From Geosiphon pyriformis uo1 (Eukaryota; Fungi; Glomeromycota): a DNA stretch of 9,285 nucleotides. The position numbers were made by a program, and so were the translations under genes. Position 1 is the first letter of the stretch. Each line of letters starts with the position of its first letter. Positions 1-9,015 of this stretch are shown here, one piece after another. The notes under the pieces are model-generated. The model was not told where the DNA came from, did not search any database, and was given only the letters and a program-made list of their open reading frames with translations. The stretch is from the NCBI GenBank assembly GCA_016748015.1, contig JAAOMT010000092.1:43235-52519 (forward strand), written 5' to 3'.

Positions 1-302
1 AATCGCATCATGAAATTGCGGGCCCATATGGAATTTTTGTATAAATCAAACCAAAAAATTTAAACGTGGTGGATTTCAACATATTAATGATTCTATCGTT
101 TATGCATTGCCATAAAAGGTTATAAAAGGTTGAAGTAACTTGTTTAATTATGTATATTGAAAATACTTAAAATAGTTATTATTGGATTAATAAAAAGATT
201 GATAAATAATTTAAAAAAACAATTATAAATAATTAGAGCTTTCATTTCTTTTTTTTAAAATAAGAAAAACAAGCTTTTTAGAAATGTGATTTAATGAAAA
301 TA

Positions 303-1094
303 TTACTTAGTCTTGTTTGCATCTTTTGTATTGAACTTTCAATAGTTTTTATTAGCCTGTTTGTGAATACTATTTAAACAAACATTCAGAAGACTTTTCA
401 AATTAACTGAGACTAAAACTGCTTTATAATTAATATCAAAAAGCCAAACATGAAGTTGATCTTATAATATGCAACTACAGATGACAAATTTTTACTTACT
501 AAAACATTGTCAATAATTTTTTCAACTTCTCTTAAGTTGTTTTAAGTAGAAGTCTTGATCAATAAATGCTTACTAAAAAAATTAACTAATTTCAAACTTA
601 AACAAAATTTGAAACTTGCATTTTTTTTTATCTGTTTTTATTGAATTTTTTTTAAGAACCACAAAAGAGCTAAAATTTACCATCTTGGCAATAAAAAAGT
701 TGATCTCCAATATTTAATTAAACTTAGCTCTAGCAGAAACATTAGCATATAAACTTAATATCATAACTAAAAGCTTATTTCTAAATAAAAAGCAAACTAA
801 GATTATCTGGTTTAATATTTTCTCTATTTTTAAAACATAACAAGTCAAAGAACAATTTATAATAACAGTTAAACCAGCACCAAAAAAATTTTCATTCAGA
901 CCAGATATAAAAATTTGAATTTTATTAAATCTATTTATTATCCAAAGTTTAATATTAGATTTTAATTTTATTTTCATAATAATTAATATCATATTGTTAA
1001 AATTTATATGTTATCTAATAATATTATCTTGTTTGACAGAAACATTTATTTTTCTAATATTATAAGTAACTATTTTTCAGATAAGACTAGTTAT
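303..1094 (-). pseudogene. LINE ORF2 apurinic/apyrimidinic endonuclease domain, disrupted
   Basis: KIVTYNIRK (TYNIRK at 1067-1050, = TxNVRG); IMKIK (= xTETK); GAGLTVII (= GVAI, in ORF 714..992); FVVLKK.FN (about 665-640, = VLGGDFN, frameshifted); T*..IIDNVLVS (IDNVLVS at 514-494, = TW..IDYI); DINYKAV (DINY at 437-426, = xDH). Most differences are G>A or C>T. Several stops and indels. Confidence 0.85.
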
Positions 1095-1362
1095 TAATAT
1101 ATCAAAAAAAAATATATTTTGAACCAAAACCAGACAATTAAACTTTGTCAACAAATTTATAATTGAGTTAAACAAACTTTTTAATTGAGTTTTTAACTTA
1201 ATTATATTTGAAAATATTGAAAAATTCAACTTTATAGCAGTTTTGTTATTAGTAAAAGCACTTAAATTTTCTCTTATTATTATATTATTTATTTGATTTT
1301 ATAATAAGAAATTATTAACAGCTAATATTTAGAACTAAACTAAAAAACTGTTAACACAAATA
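1091..1362 (-). pseudogene. Probable LINE ORF1 C-terminal remnant
   Basis: Directly upstream of the endonuclease. Largely open helical-looking frame (NQINNIIIRENLSAFTNNKTAIKLNFSIFSNIIKLKTQLKSLFNSIINLLTKF) ending in TAA TAA, overlapping the inferred ORF2 start. Assigned by position, with no diagnostic motif. Confidence 0.55.
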
Positions 1363-1580
1363 TATTATTACCAACCGAAATTTGAAATTTTAATTAGAAT
1401 AAAATTATCTTTATAATTTTTATTATTAATTAACATATATTATTATTTTAATTTATTACTTATTATCTTATTAAATTATTTAAATTATTACTCAATTAAT
1501 AACTTGATTTATACAGAACACAAATATAACCAAATTGTAATAATTAAATTATACAATACATTAAACTATATAACATTTAA

Positions 1581-1697
1581 AATTTACTAAAATATTTAAT
1601 AATTCAATAAAATATTTAACAGTTTATTAAAATAATTTATAATTCACAAAAATAATTTTTAATTTAACAAAATATATCTTTAGTTTACCAAAATATT
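1581..1697. repeat. Six degenerate copies of a 20-bp tandem repeat
   Basis: aatttactaaaatatttaat / aattcaataaaatatttaac / agtttattaaaataatttat / aattcacaaaaataattttt / aatttaacaaaatatatcttt / agtttaccaaaatatt, starting at 1581, 1601, 1621, 1641, 1661 and 1682. Confidence 0.8.
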
Positions 1698-2062
1698 AAA
1701 AAAAAGTGCTAAATTATAAAATAGTATTATAATAAGATATATAAAAAAAGAGCTTTTCTTTTTAACAAAATATATTTTTACTAATATTTTTCTTAGTATC
1801 TTTTATTAGATATTTTATTAAAAATTATCTTCTATACAAAATTAGTTTTAATAAAACTTACTTTAAAAAAAAACATAAAAATTTTTGATAATTTTTGTTT
1901 CAAAATTAATTATTTTATATTAATATTTTGAAATTAATTAGCTATTAATTTTAGTAAACTGTTAATAACTTTTAGATCTGAATTTGAAATGAATTTTTTA
2001 ACACATTTTTTTATTTTTTTATTTAATTTATTTATTTTTATTTTTTTTATATTATTAAATAA

Positions 2063-2190
2063 CTTACAGTCGAAATTTTCTGTAAAAAAGTTGACTTTTA
2101 CAGAAAAATAACTACACACATTTTTGAAAAGCTTACAGATAAGATTTTTTTGTAAAAAAGTTAATTTTTACTGCAAAATATCTATATAAA
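2063..2190. repeat. Direct repeat (two copies, period about 70 bp) containing a hairpin
   Basis: cttacagtcgaaattttctgtaaaaaagttgacttttacagaaaaata (2063) versus cttacagataagatttttttgtaaaaaagttaatttttactgcaaaata (2132). Copy 1 has a perfect 12-bp inverted repeat at 2076-2087/2096-2107. Confidence 0.85.
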
Positions 2191-2239
2191 TAATTAACAT
2201 GAAATTGGCTATTCTATTATAAATCCAACAGCATATATA

Positions 2240-3900
2240 GTTAAAAGTAAAGAAAAATATTTTGGAAGAAAAATTAACTTATTAAAAGTTTATTAATTTT
2301 TATTAACAGCAAAACAGTATTAATAATATTAAAAAAAGAGTAGAAAAACTTTCAGTAATATTTGGTGTTTTTTTAAGAATAACACAACAACAACTAAATT
2401 AAAGTAGCAACTATATTAGACATATTAATTATAAAGTACTATCAGTCAATTTACATTTATTATAAACAATAATTTGAAATTTAAGATAAAATTACAGTTT
2501 TAAGAAAACACTTTTTTAATACATCAAAAATCGAATCAATAATTATTTTTTTAGAAACTACAATATTACCAAAGTCAAAAAAAATCTTCTTAAAAACTTA
2601 ATTTATTATTTAAATAAGGATTTAGAAACTATTAGTGTTGATGCTTATGCTACTTATTTTAAAAAACTTAACTACAGTTTTGTGAAAAAAAATATTCTAC
2701 CAATTTACAATTTGTTTTTAAACTTAAATTAAAACCAAAAACAAATAACAAACAATAAACAACAAAAACAAACAAAAAACACTAAATCTGTTTATATAAC
2801 TCTTAATATACCAAAAACAATATTTAAAAATTTAGATATACTTAAAAAAGTAACAAATATTAAACTACTATTTTTAATCATATTTTTTTTAATTTTATTT
2901 GTTTAAGTATAAACACTAAATTAATTACTTAATTAATTTTCAAGACCAAAAACTTTACCAAAAGTTCTATACAATAGTTAGAATTAATTTATATTAGTAC
3001 TAATCTTTTTGATTATTTAGCCAAAAACCAAGTAAACATTTAGAAATATTAATTTATGAAAAAAATGTTTTTAAACCAATTAAAAAATAAAAAAAATAAA
3101 AAAAATAAAAAAGAAAAAGAAACTACAAATAACAAAAAAATAAAAAAATAACTATTGTTTATATTGCAAAAATTTCTGAATTTTTTGGAAAAAACATTAA
3201 GACTAATTTTCAAAAGTAACTTAATTAAGTTATTAAAGCAAAAAATACAAACAAATAAAAGACAATAAGAATGTTAAAAGCAATTCTTTATTTTTTTTAA
3301 AAAAATGTAGACAAATAGTTCAAAAATTTGTTTATTCTTTTTGCAAATTAGCCAGTCTTTAAAACTGTTTTTTTCAAACAGTTTACAAACAAAAATACTT
3401 TAATTATGCTTTAAAACTACTTTTAAAACATTAAATAAAAATTATTTGAATCTATCATAATTTATATTAGAAAGTTTAACAAATTTTTCAAAAAAATTTA
3501 CCAGCTAAAAACAAATACTTATTACTCTGATGCTCAAATTTTAAATCAATTTATTGTTAGTTTAAAAAATAAATTAATCAAAAAAATTTGCTTATATGCT
3601 TTAACAAATTTAGTCATAACTATTAAATATGTCAAAAACTATGAAATAATTATAAAAAAAGCAAGTTACACAAAATTTATTAATTTTGTTATTGAAAAAA
3701 CCACATTAATAAATGAAAAAAATTGATTAATTTACCAAAAAAGTTGAAATTTATTTTGTTAATTAACAACAAAAGTATTAATTAACTTAATAACAAAATT
3801 CAAAAAATTTATTATTATCTAACAACAACCAAACTCAACAATTGAATTGCTATTATTATGGAATTTCTGAATATTAGAAACATAATTGCAAAAAATACAG
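2240..3900 (+). pseudogene. gag: gag (N-terminal extension, capsid, CCHC zinc knuckle), disrupted
   Basis: Frame +1 from 3148 reads IAKISEFFG..Q K*L..AILYFF*KNVDK*F..FKTVFFKQF, then MHR-like IK*KLFESIIIYIRKF (3430-3477, = QxxxExxxxYxxRF) and QILNQFIVSL (= FIxGL). Knuckle at 3848-3889 is C-x2-Y-x4-Y-x4-C, exact CX2CX4HX4C spacing with TGT>TAT and CAT>TAT. The 5' boundary (2240-3147) is less certain. Confidence 0.8.
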
Positions 3901-4389
3901 AAAAATCAACAAAAACAAAATAATAATAATTATTTTTTTTAATAATAGTAATTATACAATTTATTATTATTTAATTACTATTTATTAAAACTTTAACTTA
4001 GTTATAATTATTTGCTTTACAACAACAATATTATCAATTATTTTCAGTTTAAAATTATTTAATACCAACAAAAATATTAGTTTAATTTAATTAATTTACA
4101 TTACAAGCTATTTTTAATCAAACAACAATAAATTAAATTTGAATAATTAATTAATACTTTGCAATAATAGTCAACAGTTACTTAGGTATTTTTATACTTA
4201 ATTTAATTACTTTACAATACCAAAAAACCAGAATTTTTATTATATTGCATTTTTAAAAAATAAAATTACAACATAATAGCAAAACTTTTTTTTTAATTAT
4301 ATTGTAATCTTATCAATAAAAATTGCCAAAAATACCAACATTTCAGATATTTTTTTATTTGAATTTGAGACCAATAAATTATAGTCTCT

Positions 4390-4740
4390 AAACAAAAAAC
4401 AATTATTGTTATGTACATAAAAGCTAAAGTTAAAAAAAAATTATTTAATTAATCTTAGATAAAAGATTTGCTAAAAACATTTTTATTTATCAATTAATAC
4501 AACAACTTAAATAAAATATTGACAGATTTGTTCAGATAATAATTGTAACTGTTAATGATATAAAAAAAATATTTATAAAAAAAATTGACAACTTTTTTTT
4601 ACAATTAATAAAATTATTATTCTAATTAAACTTCTTATTATAAATACAATCTAATACTAAACTCTTATTAAAAAAATTGGCTTTTCAAAACTAATGCCAA
4701 TTTAAATTAAAAAATACAGAAACTAAAAATATTTTATTAA
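4390..4740 (+). pseudogene. Retropepsin-like aspartic protease, disrupted
   Basis: MYIKAKV..LILDKRFAKNI (= LILDSGS/A, Asp at 4458-4460), flap-like IIVTVND (= IVTADG), and TLIK.NWL (= LIGNDWL), at retropepsin spacing. Confidence 0.8.
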
Positions 4741-5040
4741 AAAAACACACTAGAGTATTTGCTATTTGTAATATTTTTAACAAATGATTTAAAAAAGTCT
4801 CAGTTTTCAAATTCAAAAAAAAACAAAAAAAACTAATTATTAAAACTTATATGGCTCTCAACTTTTGGTCTGATTGGGCTAAAAAAAACAAAACAACTTT
4901 TTAAAACTTTGAAATTACAATTAATATTATTATAGTTTAAAAAATCTAATCTATAAATTATATTAACATTAACAAATAAACAAACTAATAGTTAGTATGT
5001 TTTTTATTTAAAACTACAATTATAAAAACAGTCAGTTCAT

Positions 5041-5660
5041 ATTTTACTAAAATATAAAAATTGTAACAAAAAGCTTTTATTTATGAGAGTTTATATATTA
5101 CCAGAAAAAAATATAAAACTTATACTTATTACTATTGTAAAGCTTGTTATCAAAAACAATTTGGCAGCCCAAAAAAAAGTAAAAAATAAGACAATACACC
5201 ATATTTTACATGTGAAAAATTGTTATTAAAAGAATACAATTGAATTAATATTACAATGAAAAGAAAAATCCATGATCAAATCTGTTAAAATGCTCTTTTT
5301 ATTTCAAAAAAAGTAAAATATAAAATACTTTTTACTACATCATACAACAGTATTCTTAACAAATTATATTATTATTTATATAATATTAAAATAATATATG
5401 AATTTATAATAGTCCTAATTAAAAAAAAATTCCAAAAAAATGTTTGCCAAATAAAAAAGACAAAATATATTAAATATACTATAAAACTAGTTAAATTCAA
5501 TTAAAAAAACGAAATAAAACTCTAGTACCTGATTTTAAGTTATGTTTATCTCTTAAAAAAATCTCAAATTCAATGATTAAAACAAATAAATATTTAACAT
5601 TGTAAAAAATACATCATGTCCTGTGATAACATATGATGGTTTGAATAATATGCTCTTAGT
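5041..5660 (+). pseudogene. Cys-rich domain of unknown function within pol
   Basis: YKNC (5053-5064), CKAC (5136-5147), YFTC, HDQIC and CKKY-x3-C (5601-5624). Several Tyr codons are one G>A change from Cys, giving repeated CxxC pairs. Confidence 0.55.
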
Positions 5661-5768
5661 TTATTATTACTTACTGAGAATAACTAAAATAAAATTAAAT
5701 TTGGAGGAATTAAAAAAAAAGTTTTGACAATTCCAATTTATCTTAATAAAAACCAATTTGCTTTATCT

Positions 5769-6195
5769 CTTAAATACTTTAACAACAATGGACAAGGAAT
5801 TAAATCAGAGAAAGTTTACGAAATTAATGCATAATATAATTTCTGATATTCAAAAAAAAATACTTTTATTTTAAAACCAAAATTATTCACAAAAATCAAT
5901 CTCAAAATTGCTTTTAAAATTCCACCAAGAGCAATGATACAAATTACTTTTTGATTATTATTAACAGCAAAAAAATTAATATTAAAGAAGAAATTATTAA
6001 TACAAAATATATTAAAGACATTATAATAATGCTCTAAACTGAAATCAAAAAATCTTTTACAATTAAACATACCAAAAAAATTGTCCAAGCTATTTATTTA
6101 CTCTTAATCAACATTTTGGGTTTACAATCAATTAAAAATTCAGAAGAACTTGACAAAAATAAAAAAAAAAACTCAAAATTTTGGATTAAATTAGA
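5769..6195 (+). pseudogene. dut: Trimeric-type dUTPase domain within pol, disrupted
   Basis: All five motifs are in order with normal spacing: I NA*YNF (5826-5843, = DAGYDL); IAFKIPPR; II F*LLL (TGA TTA TTA at 5952-5960, = RSS); III EEIINTKYIK (5987-6016, = GGxIDxGYTG); IV KIVQ (6077-6088, = KIAQ); V KKTQNFGL (about 6162-6190, = RGxxGFGS). Confidence 0.85.
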
Positions 6196-6659
6196 AAATT
6201 TACAGTTTTAATAAACATAGCTTTCAATATACAAAATAAATCTTACCAAATTTTCAATTTATCAAAAACAATCACTATTCTATCTTTTGGAAAAGTTTGT
6301 AAAGCATATATTTGTTCAATATCTATTACTACTCAACAAATTTTTGAATCAAATATACAGATTGCAAAAAAATAGAATTTCAATTCCGAATATTTATTTG
6401 CCAAAAGAAATCAAAAAATTCAATGTCATATTTTACAATCTTAACAATTATCTTATTATACTAGATTATTATTTAAAAATCAGAATTATTTACAGTAATA
6501 TTTTTTAGCAAAAGTTATCTTAAATAGTTTCAAATTCTACAAAAATAATCGGATATTTCTTTCCAAAATTCAACTTAACTTTTAGTACCAAAAACTATTA
6601 TATTGTTGTTGAAAAATTTTTTTAAATCAATATAAAACAATTAAAGCCATATTAACAAA

Positions 6660-7510
6660 AAAATTCAAAGAATTAATTACAGAGCATGCAGACATATTTG
6701 CTAAAAATAACAATAATTTGGAAAGAATTAATTTTAGTTTAACACTAAATTTATACTGGAGATATAAACCCAAACACCAACAAGCTTATTGAGTTTTATC
6801 AAAAAGCTATTAATTCATTTGATAAAAAACACAATAAATGCTTAACAATGAACTTTAATAGTAGTTTTTATTAAAAAAAATTGAAAATTTCATTTTTGTG
6901 TTAACTATTACTAATTAAATAGTGTTACAATTAAAAATATCTATTTTTTATTATAAATTGATAATATGCTAAATGCTTTTGGCAAATTAAAATACTTTTC
7001 AACATTAAATTTAGAAAGTAAATACTAACAAGTTATAATAGATTCAAAAAATCACCTTAAAACAGCTTTTATTGCCTAAAAAAAATTACAAGTTCAATAT
7101 AATGCTTTTTAGATTATATAATACACTAACAATATTTTAAAAACTTATAGATGTTATCTATACTTAATTTTTATGGCAATCAGTAATTATTTATCTAGAT
7201 AATACTAATGTCTGTTAATTCTTATTCAAAACTTATTTAATTTATTTATAAGCAGTTTTTCAATAATTACAAAAAATAAGATTGAAATTAAATATTGAAA
7301 AATGTTATTTCAAAAAACCAGCTTGGTCTTTTTAGATTATATTATTAATAAAAAAAGAGTTAAATCTGATCCAAAAAAAATTAGTGTTGTCAAAAATTTC
7401 AAAAATTTTCAAAATATTATTAAATTAAAAAGATTTATTGAATTAGTATCATATTATCAAAAATTTATCAAAAAATTTTCAGAATTACAAATCACTCAAT
7501 TATTTAACTA
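6660..7510 (+). pseudogene. pol: Reverse transcriptase, disrupted
   Basis: IVVFIKKN*KFHFCVNYY*LN (= PVVLVxKKxGKxRFCVDYRxLN); YFSTLNLESKY*QV (= FSTLDLxSGYWQV); KTAF; MLFRLYNTLTIF* (7102-7140, = MPFGLCNAPATFQ); YLDN (7192-7203); LNIEKCYF; FLDYII; RFIELVSYYQKFI. Confidence 0.95.
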
Positions 7511-7519
7511 ACAAAAACA

Positions 7520-7990
7520 TTAAATACAAATAAACAGAGAAACAACAAAAAGCATTTGAAATTCTTAAAAAAAAGCTTATAACAGCTTCAATTCTTGTTT
7601 ATCTGAACTTTAGCAAAAAATTTTGACTAGTTATAGATGTTTTTTATACTGTTTTTGGTGTTATTTTATTTTAATTGAATAACAATAACAATAACAATAA
7701 AAAAGTAATTGCTTATGTTAGCAAAACACTAAAACCAGCAGAAAAAAATTATTCTGCTATTAAATTAAAAAAAACAGCAGTAATTAAGCTTTTTATCATT
7801 TCAATCTGTATCTTAAATCCAAAAAATTCGATATTATTATTAATAATATTAGACTCAAATGGCTACAAAACAAAAACCTTAAACTAAATACAAAATAAAT
7901 CCAATAAACAGAATTTTTTGTAAACTACTAATATATTGTATATTAGAACCAAAAAAGCTTTACACTAATATTGATTGTTTTTTAAAAATG
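7520..7990 (+). pseudogene. pol: RT connection and RNase H, disrupted
   Basis: *TEKQQKAFEILKKKLITASILVYLNF (= WTxxQQxAFxxLKxxLxxAPILxYPDF); LVIDVF (Asp at 7636-7638, = TDAS); VIAYVSKTLKPAEKNYSAIKLK (= IAYASRxLxxAExNYSxTELE); LKWL; NIDCFLK (= NADALSR). Confidence 0.92.
7678..7698. repeat. (AATAAC)n short tandem repeat within RNase H
   Basis: aataacaataacaataacaat, encoding seven consecutive Asn. Confidence 0.7.
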
Positions 7991-8078
7991 AAACAAAAGT
8001 AAAAATTATTATGCTACTCAATTTAATTAACAATAACAAACAACAAACAATAAATTCTGAAAACTACAATAATTTTAA

Positions 8079-8124
8079 ACAATATTTGGAAATACTTACA
8101 ATATTTAGAAATACTTACAATATT
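8079..8124. repeat. 19-bp tandem duplication (2.4 copies)
   Basis: acaatatttggaaatactt / acaatatttagaaatactt / acaatatt. Confidence 0.9.
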
Positions 8125-8259
8125 AAAAATTTGGTTTTCTAATAAAAAACATTAATTAAAAAATTAGACAAAACAATACTTTTTATATAACAATATTATT
8201 TACTATAAAAATTACAAAAATCTAAACAACTTCAGAATAATTTAAGAACATAAAAAAAA

Positions 8260-9015
8260 CAATTCTATATAATATATATACAAATCTTTTATTAGCACAT
8301 TTTGAAAAAAATAACACTATTTAAAGAATATTAAAACACTATTTTTGGTTTTAAATAAAAAAATATTTATTAATATATTAAATCTTGTGATAATTGCCAA
8401 AAAAAAAGAAACATGCTCTATAAAACCCTTAAATTCAATTAAAATTGGACAATTTTTTGATCAAGTTGGTTTTGATTTAGTCAAATTATTATCTATTAAA
8501 ACACAAAAAAACCAATATATTGCAGTTGCAGTAGATTATTTAATCAAATAGCCAGAAGCAAAAGCAATTTAATAAGCAAATGCAAAATTAGTTGCATATT
8601 TTATCTATAAAAACATTATTTATAGACATAGATGTCCAATAAAACTTTTATTTAATCAAGAAACACACTTTGTAAATAACTAGCCAAAGTTTTTACTAAT
8701 TTTGAGCAAAAATAAATTTTTTTTATTTTATTAATATTACTAATATATAGAACACTAAAACAAGATACAATAAAGCACATACTATTCGACCTAACTTATG
8801 GAAAAACAGTAATATTGCCCATTAATTTTACTGTAAAACTTTATTTAATTCAATTAATTACAAAAAAACAACTTTTAAAAAACACTACAAAGAAGAACTT
8901 ATATATTTTTTAGTGCATTAAAAAAAAAACGAATTACAACCACTTATATAAAATACTTCTAAACTTAATAAAAAAAATAACATGACAACAAAATACCACC
9001 AACCATTAAACAAAT
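8260..9015 (+). pseudogene. pol: Integrase (HHCC plus DDE core), disrupted and internally deleted
   Basis: AHFE..YFW..IKSCDNCQ (Cys at 8386 and 8395); FDQVGFDLVKLL (Asp at 8474); YIAVAVDYLIK*PEAKAI; RHRCPIKLLFNQETHF (= HGxPxxxxSDQGTHF); YRT..LFDLTYG..LP. Confidence 0.93.

Larger units (their letters stand above)
300..1362 (-). mobile_element. Degenerate APE-type non-LTR retrotransposon (LINE) fragment: ORF1 C-terminus plus ORF2 endonuclease
   Basis: The minus-strand translation shows ordered exonuclease/endonuclease/phosphatase (APE) motifs. An upstream coding-like segment abuts the ORF2 start. No RT domain remains. Confidence 0.85.
1363..2235 (+). other. Putative 5' LTR and untranslated leader
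   Basis: Non-coding, repeat-containing segment between the LINE and gag. TATTATTACCAACC at 1363 could be a deaminated TGTTA.. LTR start; TGTTAAC at 1349 is an alternative. No second LTR or clear PBS is available to confirm it. Confidence 0.5.

Noticed and set aside
112-131. ATAAAAGGTT x2 direct repeat with TATA-like sequence
   Set aside because: Short, plausibly slippage, and no associated gene is visible.
1581-1697. CRISPR-like array
   Set aside because: Units are contiguous with no unique spacers, there are no cas genes, and the context is a eukaryotic retroelement.
1934-2119. 61-aa minus-strand ORF
   Set aside because: Lys/Asn-rich product of a poly-T tract and the leader repeat, with a non-ATG start.
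1660-2240. Primer-binding site and LTR 3' end
   Set aside because: Several candidate (T)GG/TAG sites exist (about 1681 and 2206), but none can be matched to a tRNA 3' end given the mutation load.
3900-4400. Programmed gag-pol frameshift site
   Set aside because: Many homopolymer indels and a decayed Gln/Pro-rich tract prevent any inference of the original frame relationship.
5816-6088. 90-aa minus-strand ORF
   Set aside because: Antisense shadow of the dUTPase pseudogene, F/N/I-rich with no motifs.
5769-6195. dUTPase as a direct counter-defence to the observed C>T hypermutation
   Set aside because: dUTPase cleans the nucleotide pool and cannot prevent deamination of integrated DNA. The LINE fragment is equally mutated, so no link is supported.
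6287-8551. Plus-strand ORFs 6287, 7302, 7675 and 8345 as independent small genes
   Set aside because: They are stop-free fragments of the broken pol, some switching frame relative to the true protein.
3148-8700. Alternative genetic code (TAA/TAG = Gln, or TGA = Trp) making the element intact
   Set aside because: Stops occur at Gln, Trp and Arg positions alike. Frameshifts, deletions and catalytic Asp>Asn changes remain under any code.
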